A stretch of 63,574 bases of DNA, counting the filler, from Octopus bimaculoides (Eukaryota), in assembly GCF_001194135.2 (NCBI RefSeq). It is 5 parts of 5 records of this genome, joined end to end, with 100 filler letters (N's around TTAATTAATTAA, not from the genome) between each part and the next. Parts side by side here need not be neighbours in the genome. Positions count along the whole stretch, not along the records: positions 6,297 to 32,557 come from NC_068984.1; 4 more parts are not named here. The stretch is one strand, 5' to 3'. Shown piece after piece: positions 11,041 to 24,860 of the stretch. Position 1 is the first letter of the stretch. Every line of letters starts with the position of its first letter. The notes beneath the pieces are model-generated. The model was given only the letters and a program-made list of their open reading frames with translations, ran no database searches and was not told the DNA's origin. A program made the translations under genes and the position numbers.

Positions 11041-11464
11041 CCTTTCTGCATTTGTTTCTTTTCCTTCCTTTCCTTTTTCTTTTCGTTTCCTTTTCTTACT
11101 TCTTTCTGTTTTTATTCTTCATTTTTCCTCTTTGTCTTCATTTTCTTCCCTCTCCGTCGTCTACTTAGTTTTCTTTTTGTTTGTCTTCTTTTCGTTTGTT
11201 TTTTTTTCTCTGTTTTCNNNNNNNNNNCAGAAAAATACCCATTAACAGAACAAGTACATGAAAATGCTATAAAATGTCTTCAGTATTTTCTCCATTTGCA
11301 GCAACTTTTTTCACCATTCCATAAAACCACGATTATTAAAACTGGAATTTAGAATTTTCTCTTAGTATGTAGATCTACTCTGCAGAGACGGATATTCTGC
11401 TGGAGCATATTCCAGTTCGCACAGAATTACTACACAGGCATTTCCTATATTGGATAACCTTTAT

Positions 11465-11919
11465 AACTACATTTATGGGAATGGAAAAGTTCTTCAAATC
11501 AAAAGACATAACACTGCACCTGATGACGCTAGTAAACTGTTTTGTTATTTCAGTCGTCCTCTACGGGGTAGAAACTGGGGCAAAAACTTGGACAGAGCAA
11601 TGCAGAAGATATATATATAGGTATAAGTTAGAGGTGTTTAAAACTCTAAGGTATGGTTAAATCTAAAGGCGCTCCTGGTGATTAGCTGCGTAGGTACAGT
11701 CCTTGGTAAAAGGTATACGGTAGCAAGTAATTCAGCGGGTAAACTGTAGTTTAAATTATATGCAAGAAGAAAATGGAGGAAAAATAACAGGAAGAAGTTG
11801 GTCGTTTGCGCTAGTAAGCCATTAATTTAATTAATTAATAAATTATTAATTAGTTAAATTAATAGCTTAGTAGTGCAAACGACCAACTTCTTCCTGTTAT
11901 TTTCCCTCCATTTTCTTCT

Positions 11920-11960
<41 letters not shown>

Positions 11961-12325
11961 GTATGAGGTGTTGATCTTTCTTAGATTTTCGCAGAATAAA
12001 GCGGAAAGTCAGAGTGACAAATAATGCAGTACTTTAAAAGTCGAAAGTCCAAAGACACCTGCTATCGAGAATCAAGTCCAAAAAGCCATGCTATTTTGGG
12101 ACATACGATGTACCACGAATCATTGCACAAGACCATTCTGAGAGAAAGTGTGAAAAGGAAGAGGGCAAGTGGCCGTCACAGTCGTTTTTGGACTAACGAC
12201 ATCAAAGAATGGACCGGAAACAAAAGCCTGGTTGACTGCATGTAGCACAACACAGAGGTAACTGGAGAGTCTTGACAAACGGACCACTGAACACAAGGAG
12301 GGCACTTGGCCGGTGATGATATTAA
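11465..12325 (+). mobile_element. RTE (BovB-like) LINE 3' fragment, interrupted by a palindromic insertion
   Basis: KSKDITLHL..VNCFVISVVLYGVET and GHTMYHESLHKTILRESVKRKRASGR...WTNDIKEWTG, typical RTE C-terminus. Confidence 0.75.
11757..11927. repeat. 171-bp near-perfect palindrome (fold-back MITE-like)
   Basis: 84-bp arms with about 5 mismatches, 3-nt loop at 11841-11843, TA-rich ends. Confidence 0.9.
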
Positions 12326-12361
12326 AAAAGACATGAGTCGTTACCTGGTCGCTCAGCATAG

Positions 12362-12417
12362 AGGCGTAGCAAGGCGTAGCAAGGCGTAGCAAGGCGTAGC
12401 AAGGCGTAGCAAGGCGT
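12362..12417. repeat. 10-mer minisatellite (AGGCGTAGCA)5.6
   Basis: Direct reading. Confidence 0.95.
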
Positions 12418-12894
12418 GGTGACAAAGAAAATCACTTCAAGGTGCAAATATGAAACGTTTCAAAATTTCCTTTAACCTACAATGCCCATTAATTGAGTGG
12501 GACCCTACGAAGTGTCTTCGTCTCGTTACGCTGAGAACCCTTGCTATGCCACTGGCTTAAACTGCGAGACATAGCTACTAATTTTCTTCCAATTTATACA
12601 GAAGGAGGGACACATAAAGTTATGTTATCTGAGATATACTATCAAGAGGCCAGACGAAGCTGTTACAGTTAAAACGTCTTTAATCATGAGTCTACATGAT
12701 CATTGGTTGATCAAGATGGAAAGAACACGGAAAATAACAATGAGGACAAGCATTTATATGGTTTCCCACGACAGGCTAAAAATAGTAGCTAAATATCCTT
12801 TCATTCACGCAGCTTTGAAAAATGGATAAATGGAGTGGTCATACCTAGATTGTCTTTGATCATAGGTGTAAATGGATGTAATCTAGCTTAGTTA

Positions 12895-13047
12895 CATGGC
12901 AGCGTAGTTAAGAAGCTTGCTTTGCAACCACGTGACTTCAGGTTCAGTCCAACTGGTATTTTGGACAAGTGTCTTCTACTAAATGCCAGGCCAATTAATA
13001 CTTTGTGGGCGTATTTGGATGACGGAAGCTGTTTGGAAGCCTCTCAT

Positions 13048-13102
<55 letters not shown>

Positions 13103-13300
13103 CGTGCGTACGTCTGTTTGTATATATGTGTGTATCATTGTGTTTATCCTACCTCACCGCTTGTGATGACAAGTGTTGGTTCAAATAATTTAGCTGTTCG
13201 GCAATAGAGACCGATAGAATAAATATCGAACTTAAAAATAAGTACTGGCGTAGTGATTTTTTGAAGGGCGCAGTACAATGACTGAAAGAAGTATAAAATA
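12895..13300 (+). mobile_element. SINE family A
   Basis: tRNA-like head, central (GT)n, tail ATGACTGAAA. Confidence 0.75.
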
Positions 13301-13504
13301 ATAATATATTTGTCGTTGTTGTTTAACTTCAGTTCATCTCCAGTTTAGCAGATTTATAATCAAAGCAATCTCTGCCATTACTATCCTAACCTTCTCATGG
13401 ACATTATTCATCTCACGCTATATTATTTAATGTGTGTGTTACATTCTTTTTAAAAACTAAACGGTGTAATTCGAGTGTGAACACCTAAAAGCACTTCCGT
13501 TGGC

Positions 13505-13745
13505 ACATATATTTATTTCTTTATTGCCCACTGGGGGCTAAACATAGTGGGGACAAACGAGAGACAAAGGAATTAAGTCGATTACTTCGAATCCAGTGCG
13601 TAACTGGTACTTATTTAATTGACCCCCGAAAGGATGAAAGGCAAAGTCAACCTAAGTGGAATTTGATCTCAGAACGTAACGGCAGACGTTAAATACCGCT
13701 AAGAAATTCGCCCGGCGTGCTAACCATTCTGCCAGATCGCCACCC
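13505..13745 (-). mobile_element. SINE family C
   Basis: GGTACTTATTT..GACCCC.GAAAGGATGAAAGGCAAAGTC motif. Confidence 0.75.
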
Positions 13746-14319
13746 TCCGTTGGCTCATATATTGCAGTCGAATTATTCTTGCTTAGTTTCAGGTCTTTCC
13801 AGGTCAAGCAGACTTTAGGCTGCATGTATTGTACGTTTCATCTATGTATTGCTATACAGAAATACCTTCTATAATCTATGATTATTTCATTTAAGATGTT
13901 AGATTGGGAAAGGGGATAGATTTGGCTGGTATTTCTAGTACATTGAATGGCCACATTGGTTATCATATTCCAGTATACACGGTGCGTGTGCAATTCATAG
14001 AATAAATGAAGTACATTGACTTGGATAAAGAAATATTAATATAATAGATTGATACTTCAGATATTGCCTCAAACAAAATTCCTTTAAATACAAATCTATT
14101 CTTGAGAAAACAAACAATACGCAATATTTATTTTGTTCTCTATGTTTCTATATTCGCACCATGAGCTGTTTCGATGATTTTTTGTTTCTTTTTCACTTGA
14201 TTTCAGTTTTTTCTTTTCTTGTTTCCGTAACTAAAATCAATAAAGAATTGTTTACAGAAAACAGAAGAAAAATTTAAATAATTTTAAAGATGAGATTTCG
14301 CAGAAATATATTTTAGATC

Positions 14320-14735
14320 CTGCATACTATTTTTGTAAGTACTATAGAAATAAGTTTGCACCGAACCAAGCACACAATCCGGTTTCAGTTTTCGTTGAGT
14401 ATTTCACTCAACATTTTACTTTAATACTTCACCAATGGAGAAAGGGCAACACCCTTGACTGTCACTAGGGCACCAGTCGCTTCTTCAGGTGGAAACCATG
14501 GTTCAAAATCACTTTTCTTACGATGGATATCGTGGTTCCTACTCCTGCTGATGCCTTGATTTTAGAAACAGAAGAGCAGCGTAACTTCTTCACAGCTCTG
14601 ACAATGGCCCTTTCATTCCTTTCTGATATAGCTGGCGTTCTGCTTCGCCGAATCTTCCTGGCAATATTCTGGTTACCCATTCCTTCCACTTTCAATGCAA
14701 GAATCTTCCGTTGTTCAATTTCAGAAAACTCTGTA
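14320..14735 (-). mobile_element. Tc1/Tc3-like transposase N-terminal fragment
   Basis: FSEIEQRKILALKVEGMGNQNIARKIRRS...ISERNERAIVRAV resembles Tc3 HTH; cut by SINE at 14735. Confidence 0.75.
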
Positions 14736-14819
14736 GCATGGTTCCGTGTTCAGCCCCACTGCGTGGCACCTTGGGCAAGTGTCTTGTACTATAGCCTCGG
14801 CCGACAAAAGCCTTGTGAG
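14735..14819 (+). mobile_element. SINE family A head running into a gap
   Basis: GTTCAGCCCCACTGCGTGGCACCTTGGGCAAGTGTC. Confidence 0.75.
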
Positions 14820-15373
14820 NNNNNNNNNNNNNNNNNNNNNNNNNNNNNNNNNNNNNNNNNNNNNNNNNNNNNNNNNNNNNNNNNNNNNNNNNNNNNNNNN
14901 NNNNNNNNNNNNNNNNNNNNNNNNNNNNNNNNNNNNNNNNNNNNNNNNNNNNNNNNNNNNNNNNNNNNNNNNNNNNNNNNNNNNNNNNNNNNNNNNNNNN
15001 NNNNNNNNNNNNNNNNNNNNNNNNNNNNNNNNNNNNNNNNNNNNNNNNNNNNNNNNNNNNNNNNNNNNNNNNNNNNNNNNNNNNNNNNNNNNNNNNNNNN
15101 NNNNNNNNNNNNNNNNNNNNNNNNNNNNNNNNNNNNNNNNNNNNNNNNNNNNNNNNNNNNNNNNNNNNNNNNNNNNNNNNNNNNNNNNNNNNNNNNNNNN
15201 NNNNNNNNNNNNNNNNNNNNNNNNNNNNNNNNNNNNNNNNNNNNNNNNNNNNNNNNNNNNNNNNNNNNNNNNNNNNNNNNNNNNNNNNNNNNNNNNNNNN
15301 NNNNNNNNNNNNNNNNNNNNNNNNNNNNNNNNNNNNNNNNNNNNNNNNNNNNNNNNNNNNNNNNNNNNNNNNN

Positions 15374-15406
<33 letters not shown>

Positions 15407-16477
15407 CTGCGTGTGTGTGTGTATGTGTTTTTTTTTATTACCTCCTTGTCTTGATATCAGGCCACAGTATTAAGCTAGTGTCATTTTTATGCAAGAGCTA
15501 TGATGATTCTCGTTTCCAGTCTGCCATATGTGTGGGCATTGTGAAATATTACTGAAAAGTAGGTGAGGGATGGCGACAGGAATGGCATCCACCCATACAA
15601 ATATCAGTCTGGTCTATGCGAACATGGAAAAGTGGATGGATGCTTCATATATGTGTGCGCGTTTGGAGGCGGGGGCGATATATTCCACCGGGAGGTTACA
15701 ACCGTATCTGATTCTTCAAGTGCTTCTATTCTGAGTTTATACAGATATTTATTCGACTGCTTTGGTATGCTATTTCCTACAATTAATAAAACTGTCGGTA
15801 TTTTCGACGACACAGTTATGCTAGTATAATATAATGCGCATTGTAATTGTTCCCTTATTTGGCGCGCCCGTCACGAGAATAAATATAGCAGCGAAGGAGA
15901 GCAGAGGAAGTATCGTCGGGTTCTGAAAACAAATTTAGTAGACGGCAGACACTGTCGTACAATTTATCAATGGAAAGTTTTCTTTGGTGAAATATTATAT
16001 ATACAAATCATAGATTTAGAGCAATCGTTATTTCTGACAACACAGAGCACTTTGTAGTTAAATATTTATCCATTTTCGTTTAAAATCGTTATTCCCTTCC
16101 CGTATCACTGAATTAGAAATAACAATTCTGAAAAGCTTATGACAGTTAGTTTGTGAAGACTGTCGGAACGAAATTTGTCGGATTGCAAACGACTTTCAAA
16201 GAAGCAGTAGTCGTGAGGGATGCATGATTAAGTGTTGTATCAGGCAACAAAAAGAGCAGGTGACATAAGCTCTGTTAGTATACTGCATGTGCAGAAGTTT
16301 AAAAATATTGTTTATTGAGACAACAATGATAAACAAAAACAACAGTAAAGACAAGCATGTGTAAACATATTACATATTTCTTATTTCATTCTTTTTTATT
16401 TTCTTCCGGGCATATACAGTATTATTAAAAAATGATAATTCTTTCTGCTTCAACGAATTAAAGGATAAAGACCTCCT

Positions 16478-16676
16478 TCGGTCATGAATGACCATAGGAT
16501 TGCGTCTAGAAGGTTCTCCTCTGAGGCACAAGTCCGGGCAACGTTGCTTATAGAGGACCAGCAGTCTCCCATGCATACCAGTCTCTCCTCTCTGCGCCAG
16601 CGATGTTATCCAAGGGTAAGGTAAAGGCCAGTGACATCGCAACTCCTTTCTAGAACTGAGAAAACTGGAGCAACAT
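16478..16676. repeat. Interspersed repeat, unclassified
   Basis: GC-richer segment between unique AT-rich DNA and a gap, ending in AACTGGAGCAAC as in SINE family B. Confidence 0.4.
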
Positions 16677-17602
16677 NNNNNNNNNNNNNNNNNNNNNNNN
16701 NNNNNNNNNNNNNNNNNNNNNNNNNNNNNNNNNNNNNNNNNNNNNNNNNNNNNNNNNNNNNNNNNNNNNNNNNNNNNNNNNNNNNNNNNNNNNNNNNNNN
16801 NNNNNNNNNNNNNNNNNNNNNNNNNNNNNNNNNNNNNNNNNNNNNNNNNNNNNNNNNNNNNNNNNNNNNNNNNNNNNNNNNNNNNNNNNNNNNNNNNNNN
16901 NNNNNNNNNNNNNNNNNNNNNNNNNNNNNNNNNNNNNNNNNNNNNNNNNNNNNNNNNNNNNNNNNNNNNNNNNNNNNNNNNNNNNNNNNNNNNNNNNNNN
17001 NNNNNNNNNNNNNNNNNNNNNNNNNNNNNNNNNNNNNNNNNNNNNNNNNNNNNNNNNNNNNNNNNNNNNNNNNNNNNNNNNNNNNNNNNNNNNNNNNNNN
17101 NNNNNNNNNNNNNNNNNNNNNNNNNNNNNNNNNNNNNNNNNNNNNNNNNNNNNNNNNNNNNNNNNNNNNNNNNNNNNNNNNNNNNNNNNNNNNNNNNNNN
17201 NNNNNNNNNNNNNNNNNNNNNNNNNNNNNNNNNNNNNNNNNNNNNNNNNNNNNNNNNNNNNNNNNNNNNNNNNNCAAAATAATGGCGAAACTGAGCGAAA
17301 TAAGTAAAAGGGGGAACCATTCGAAAGAAAAGAATTGGTTGAGAGGACAACGAAGCTTGGATGAAACAGTAACAAAAAGAACTGTAAATGTTCTGTACAG
17401 AAAAAAAAAAGTCTTGCCTGCAAGAAAGTTGATATGAACGCTAGAGAAGTCACAAATGTTTAAGGAAATATAAAAAAATATTCGAACATCACAAGCGTTG
17501 GGAAGGATGAGAAAAGAAAGGGAGAGAATAGCTCGCAAATTAGGTAATCTCTGGTAAAAAGAAATAGACACAAGGATAGAGAGTAATTGGAGATACAAAA
17601 AG

Positions 17603-17708
17603 AGAAGAAGAAGAAGAAGAAGAAGAAGAAGAAGAAGAAGAAGAAGAAGAAGAAGAAGAAGAAGAAGAAGAAGAAGAAGAAGAAGAAGAAGAAGAAGAAG
17701 AAGAAGAA
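17603..17708. repeat. (GAA)n microsatellite
   Basis: Direct reading. Confidence 0.95.
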
Positions 17709-18292
17709 ATAATAATAATATAAAAGATGATGAAATAAGAATTGTCGCCGGAAGGAGAATGTGAGGCAAGTCGAGTTCGAAGAAAAAATATAAAAAAAGG
17801 GAGAATAACAAAATAAGTCAAGGAAACTGATTAAGCTGCTCTGCGGCAACGATAAAATAAGTGTTGAAATATGACACAGTTAAGGACAAGAATAACTACA
17901 AGAATAACTACATGTATTGAAGCCAACCTTCAACCTCATAAATGTAGTGCAGTGAATGACATCTGCTAGTTCTACACACCATTGAAATGTTTGTCAAAAG
18001 AACAACTTCAACATAAGATGAAAGATACATGGATCTCCATTTGAATGTTCCCAAATGACAAATGAGTAGTAAAGCAGAAAAGACATCCAGTTGACAGGTA
18101 GAGAAATTTGAAGGCAAGACAATGTAATGAATGATGCACTTCAAATAAGGAAATTATTACCAGCAAATTCGAAGAAGAATGGAATTTACATCCCAAGTTT
18201 GTAGCCCATTAAACGTTTTAGTAGAACGTCTTGATGGAGGGAAATTTAACAAATGGTGTCAAATATGTTACGTGTATGTATGTGTTTGACTT

Positions 18293-18332
<40 letters not shown>

Positions 18333-18336
18333 CATA

Positions 18337-19552
18337 TAGAAGATGTTCATTAAAGATTTACCATGACCCACCTCCCAAGGACTACGATAAACGAAGCTTG
18401 GCATAATTATTAGTCATCTTCTACATCAATGGTGACACACTTCTCCCATCGCTTTAGGCAGCTATGAAGATTTCGTCTGTAGAAGTCGGTAGGTTGCGTC
18501 TGGAGACAAGAAATAAGTTCGTCATCGTCCAAATAGTGCTTCCCCTTCAAAAAAGACTTCATGGCTGGAAAGAGATGGAAATCAGAAACTGCAAGGGCGG
18601 GAGAGTAAGGGGGATTAGAAAAGGCTTCATTTGAGCAACATCTACATTGTGAACTGGAGCGTTGTCTTGGAGGAGACGAACTACTTTGGTCAGCAAGCCA
18701 CGTCTCTCTGCTTTGATGGCTTCCCGCATTTACTGCAGCAGAGATGCATAATATTCCCTGTTAATTGTGGTGCCCTTTCCCAGAAAATCCATCATCACTA
18801 CTCCGCGCTAGTCCCCCAAAACTGTGAGCATTACCTTGTTTGCTGAGGGCTGGACTTGATCCTTCTTTGAAGGTGGTGAGTTATACTTCCATTGCTTCGA
18901 CTGGACTTTAGTCTCAGGATTACAGTGATGGACCCATGTTTCATCCTGTGTGATGAGTCTGCTGAAAACGTCCTTCTCGTTTTCTTGGCACTTTGCCAAA
19001 AGAGCCTGGGAGCAACTGACTCGCTCTTGCTTCTGAAAAGGTGTGAACATACGGGAAATCCATCGTGCAGACAACCTCCGCATGTGCAAATGGTCGTGAA
19101 TTATTTTTACCGCGGACCGTACACTTATCTTCACTTCTTGGGCTAGCTGCCGAATAGATATACAGTGATCCTCCAAAGTGGTGGCTTCCACTTTATGGAT
19201 GGTATTGTCATCAATGACGGAATGTGGTCGTTCAGGAATAGGAGCAGTTACCACCAATGTCCGACCATCGTATGATGGTACATCGTCACCATAAACTTTT
19301 TTCATGTCATCGAAAGTATCTTTTGGTGTACGACCTTTCAAGTATAAGAACCTGATCATTGATCTGCATTCAACTGCCTCCATTATAACACTTTAGTCCT
19401 CTTCAGTAGCTGTAAAAGTCAAACGAATACTAGTGGAAAGCCGTAATTTACAATGTGTTATGAAGAAACATGTATAATAATACCTACACAATTTCGTTTT
19501 CCTGCAATAACCGGAAATGGGTCAAGGAAATCTTTAATGAACACCCCTTTTA
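18337..19552 (-). mobile_element. Near full-length decayed mariner (DD34D-type) transposon
   Basis: TIRs ..GTTCATTAAAGATTT.C..TGACCCA at both ends with TA flanks; ORF 19383-18808 with ITQDETW, then QDNAP and YSPALAVSDF in a shifted frame. Confidence 0.92.
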
Positions 19553-19599
19553 TAAGGTTCAAATATATAGAAGACAAGACATGCATATATATATGTGTG

Positions 19600-19636
<37 letters not shown>

Positions 19637-21669
19637 NNNNNNNNNNNNNNNNNNNNNNNNNNNNNNNNNNNNNNNNNNNNNNNNNNNNNNNNNNNNNNNN
19701 NNNNNNNNNNNNNNNNNNNNNNNNNNNNNNNNNNNNNNNNNNNNNNNNNNNNNNNNNNNNNNNNNNNNNNNNNNNNNNNNNNNNNNNNNNNNNNNNNNNN
19801 NNNNNNNNNNNNNNNNNNNNNNNNNNNNNNNNNNNNNNNNNNNNNNNNNNNNNNNNNNNNNNNNNNNNNNNNNNNNNNNNNNNNNNNNNNNNNNNNNNNN
19901 NNNNNNNNNNNNNNNNNNNNNNNNNNNNNNNNNNNNNNNNNNNNNNNNNNNNNNNNNNNNNNNNNNNNNNNNNNNNNNNNNNNNNNNNNNNNNNNNNNNN
20001 NNNNNNNNNNNNNNNNNNNNNNNNNNNNNNNNNNNNNNNNNNNNNNNNNNNNNNNNNNNNNNNNNNNNNNNNNNNNNNNNNNNNNNNNNNATATATATAT
20101 ATATATACATATAAATATACATATACATATATGCATTGTTGTTGTAGTTGTACTCGGTTGTTGTTTCGACGAATGGGGATTAGTGAACTAGAACTAATAT
20201 ACACCGTGGAAATTTCAACAACATTTAGATAGTGCGAGTAAGCTCTCTCATTTGTATCTATAGCCCTACCAATTGCTGGCACAATTAGATACAGTTCTAA
20301 TTGTTTCAAAATTTATAGTCAAATCTCTTACCGTGAGTGTGACATATATCTAAATGAAGATGAATAGCAACAATTTGCGTAGCTGTTTGCTGTTGACTCC
20401 AGAGATGAATATGATATTAGAATAAGTGATAGTCATATCTTGGCGGTTTGCTTTCTAAAACCTTGGTGAAGCTTTCTAAAACCTTGGTAATTTTATAAGA
20501 AAATAATGAACGCACAAAATCATACTAAATCATTAAGTGACTTCGAGCACAAGAAGAAGAGATAGCTATAATATATATCAGGCATGTACCAATCATAAAT
20601 ATTGGTATTTAGGAGAGATAGGAAGTCATACATAAGCTGATGCAACATACTAGCTGTTTAAGAATTAAGTTGGAGAAACGACATTCTAAAAGATTTTTCG
20701 TGTTCCCCTACATTTATAATAACGCTGTGTATATTTAGTCAAAACATACTCAGTGATATATGCCATATCATACCTATCTGGAGAACCTGAATAGCGGTAA
20801 GATATGCATGTAAATATAGAAGGAAATGAACGCCTTCAACATAACAAAATTGCCATGTTATAATATAAGGTAGTACAGACTGCTATCAGGCAACAATTTT
20901 AAATTGTGGATACAGGTCTGCTGATCCTTATCTTAAAATCAACGCACATAACTTGAACTGTACATTATCGTAGTAAAAAAAAGCCTTGAGTTGAATAGTA
21001 TAAAGGATAGTCTCGCCACCTACATAATCCAACCAACAATACAGACGTAGAGGCAGGACAAACAGTAATACTACTTTTATCCTTGCAAGAGCTGCACCAT
21101 GATGCTGTGACCATAGTGAAGAGTATATAAAAAATCTGATTTATCCATAGCTATGACCTCTAAACTTAAGACACCAGGAATACTGAATAATCTCTTTCTA
21201 GGTTAAAAAGCAAACAAGTGTCACGTTGTATAGAATTTCGAAAAAGGTGGCCTTTCTCATGTTGATATTTTAATCGTCATAAAACAGGATACAAAGATTA
21301 ATCGTAATAATACTAATAACATAGCTTTAAAATTCCTAATCTTGAAACACATTCAGTATTTCTTGAAGTAGTACTATGGTGTATGAAGATGGATCATGTG
21401 GAAGTAATAGTCAAAATGTTTTATTTATGGAGGATGACAAATGTAAAAAACGTCTCCAAATATGAGAAAACAGATGTTAATGAAACTAGTAACACGAAGT
21501 ACAGAAAGCAGCAAGGAAACATCGGCTCAAGTTCGAAACAAAAGTGTAGATAACAGTATTGGAATTCTATCTTATAAATAGTTATGTTTTAAATACAATT
21601 CCCATATCATAGTGAACGTCTGCTTCTGTATTGAATCTGTAAGCTATTTTTAAGTATGTGGATAAGGAC

Positions 21670-22489
21670 CGTGACTGTGTCAATGTTAAAATTGGTTTAA
21701 TTGAACACCACCATAATATTGTTCAGTAAGTTTAAGTAAACTGGGCCACTGACAGTTTGGTAAAACAAAAAATGGTCCAACGATACCCCATGTTGACATT
21801 CCACACAACACTGTAACGCCTGGTAAGTTCAGATGGTGTTCCATAGTAAAATGTGGATTTTCACGGGCCCAGTATGTGCAATTATATTCGTTGACTGAAC
21901 CATTTAACTTGAAGGTGGCCTCGTCGCTCCATAAGAGTTTCTCTGGAAACGTTGCATCCTCTGCGAATTTGTTCAGATACCATTCGCAAAATTGAACTCT
22001 CCGATCAGGATCATCCTCAATGAGGGCTTGAATTAATGTTGGAACGCAACTTTTCCATTGAGCTCGTTTCAACATCCGATGAACACTCGATTTTGGGATT
22101 CTTATCTCACAACTCAATTGTCTTACGGATTTCTTTGGGGATCGGGAAAGGGTTTCCATCAATTGGTTGTGTCTATTGGGGCTGGTGGATGTTAGTGGTC
22201 TTCCAGAGCGTTGCTTACTAACGTTCTGAACAATTCCGTATGCTTCAAATTTATCTCTGATGCAAGCAATAGTATTTATTGGTGGTGTCTTCTGAAACTG
22301 TCTGTTAAATTGTCTTTGCACTTCCGTGACATTTTCATGCTTCTAGTAGCACTTTAATATAATTTATTTTCCTCAAACGTTAGTTGTGCATTTGCCATTG
22401 TGAAGGGTTGGTTGCGTCTGAAATAAAAAAAAAACAATACATTAGTAATCGTCTGTCAAAGAGTGAGTACATCTTTTTGGGACACCCTG
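21670..22489 (-). mobile_element. rosa/DD41D-like Tc1/mariner element, 3'-truncated
   Basis: TA-CAGGGTGTCCCAAAAAG terminus at 22489; VQRQF...RSGRP, WSDEATFKLNGSVN..N..YWARENPH, GIVGPFF motifs. Confidence 0.85.
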
Positions 22490-22554
22490 TATATTAATAG
22501 GCTTATTTAACAAACCAAAAATCCTCGTAAAACAGAATCAACGGCATGAAAAGG

Positions 22555-22900
22555 TATTCCTTGAAGATTTCCAACAAATCTATTCAAAGTACATTCCTGA
22601 TAATAATGCTGCTGCTGCTACTGATGGTGAGGATGGCGGTGATGATGATAGTGATGATAGTGATGATGATGATGAAGATGATGATGATACAGTTTCTAAT
22701 TTTGCTGTGAAATTCTTAACCGAACAAAATCTACCTGAAGTACCATTTCATATTCTGGAAATGAAAGTGGGATGTATCAGAACATCAGTGTAGAGCCTCA
22801 ATCCGCGAAAGGGTTTACTAAACGATACGCGTAAATCTTAAAGAAACGAATCTGACTTTCAGCTTAATCGTAGGCTGTTACTATCGATACGATCCTTTTT
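22555..22900 (+). mobile_element. Helitron PIF1 helicase fragment
   Basis: NFAVKFLTEQNLPEVPFHILEMKVG...LNPRKGLLNDTR resembles YPVEFLNSL..PPHKL.LKVG..RNLNP..LCNGTR. Confidence 0.7.
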
Positions 22901-24589
22901 AATTACAGTTACTAAATCAAAGGGCCAGTCTTTTTGACAGAGTGGGTGTGCATCTGCTAGAGCGTGTACGGTCATGGACAGCTTTATGTAGTTCTAAATA
23001 CAACCAAAAATCATTGGTGCCTGAAATTAGAAATTTCAACTCTCATGAAAGAGGGACATCTCTTAGAAGAGTTAGTGCTTCCATTAAAAATGTCATAAAT
23101 TAACTTCTGTGATAAAATGTTATAGATTTTTATGATGCAAATACTGAGTTTTGTATAGTTAATTGAAGTATTGAAAATGAACTTCTGAGGTAAAATCTAT
23201 ACATAAAAAAGTTTATTATGCAATATTCACTTTAGATTAGTTAACTAAAATAAGAACACGATACACTTCTGAGGCAAAAGATTTAACAAGTTCAAGTATA
23301 TAATAAATTTTGCATAGTTATAAATATTATGATTTTTATTGGTTTGTTGTGAAGTTACAGCATTAAAACTGACAATTTCATATAAACTTATTGTACCAGC
23401 AATCATTAAGTTTGAATCTGCGATTTTCTAAATAATTTAGTTAGATGAAGACGCGGTGACAAATGTGCAAATAGTTGTTAGTAAATATATATATATGGTT
23501 TTCAACTTGTATTGAAATACAGCACGCTGTCATTTAAATGATATAAATGCTTAACTTATACTGCCAAAAATATAAGTCAATTTTAAAGTTTATAAATTTT
23601 TTGTAAGAATCTTCCTCCACAGTCATTTGTCAGAGCGTTACAGTATTATCGTAATTCATAGATGAACCCATTTATCTTATTCATAGCATATATCTATTGC
23701 AAATACACAGATGGGCCATTGTCGATTGGCATATGTGACAGTCAGAGACACAAATTATGAAATACCTAAGCTGTAAATTTTGAACATTTACAAGAGTTGT
23801 ATTGATTCATATTTCGCAGAAAACCTTACTACCCAGGCAAGCATTAAACAGACAAATTTTCATTTGAAATGTATGAGAATTCAAAAAGTGTGACGTTCAT
23901 GATAGTGCACAAAATGCCATTTTTCACGTGAAAATATTAACAACTAATTAGACTGAATTTCTCCAGAGCAGCATAAAAAAATCCTCATGATATTTATTTA
24001 CATTGATCTCGAAATTTTAAAAAAAGCTAATGAGTTTACAGGACAATAGTGTCTATAGTTACAATTCTCATTTACTAGATATGACTTGCGTGACAAAAAA
24101 GTTGCATGTTAATGACAATCTTGTAAGAGCTTAATTTTGCCGATACATATAATTTACATGCGCGAAAATTAACCATTTCAACATATCTTTACAGATATAT
24201 ATTGATTTGAAGATGGAGGCATTCTAAAAATTTTCGAAAACCTGTTTTGCTTTAATTTTCATGAAATTGACCCAAATAAGGGATTTATTTAATCTTGTTT
24301 TATTTTAGATTTTATTTATTTTCAAAATTAGATTTTCATTTCATTAATTTTCATATGTACCATCAAATGTGAAAAGACTTAAATTATAATTATGCACCTA
24401 TGTAACTTTATGGGAAATTAACCGCACTGCTACAACCCCAGCACTAAAACACTACCAAAGGTAGGTTACACTGTAGCAATAATGCTCATTATCAGTTGTT
24501 TGGTTACGCTAAAAATGTCACGCCATCTAATATGAACTTTATATGATATATCTGTAAATTGTTGATACTTAAGCAATATGGATAACATT

Positions 24590-24860
24590 TATCGTTGGAA
24601 AAGATGCTTAGCGGAATTTCATCCGTCTTTACGTCCTGAGTTCAAATTCCGCCCAGGCCGACTTCATGTTAGATATCCTGGGTATCAAATCTAATGCACC
24701 AAATGTCTCTTAACCAAGGAAGACATTATTCAGTTATTCTGGCGTTTTTAGCTTAGAAGGAATGGCAATAGATAAATCAGATATTTCGATTAAATAAGTA
24801 CCAGTGCATGTCCCCTCCACTGAAATTGCTGGCCTAGTGCCAAATTTTGAAACCAATAAT
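24590..24860 (+). mobile_element. SINE family C pieces
   Basis: CCTGAGTTCAAATTCCGCC head; AAATAAGTACCAG and GGCCTAGTGCCAAAATTTG tail. Confidence 0.6.

Noticed and set aside
23000-24500. Possible hAT transposase relic
   Set aside because: Only a faint TN.CG.RF resemblance; too degenerate to call.
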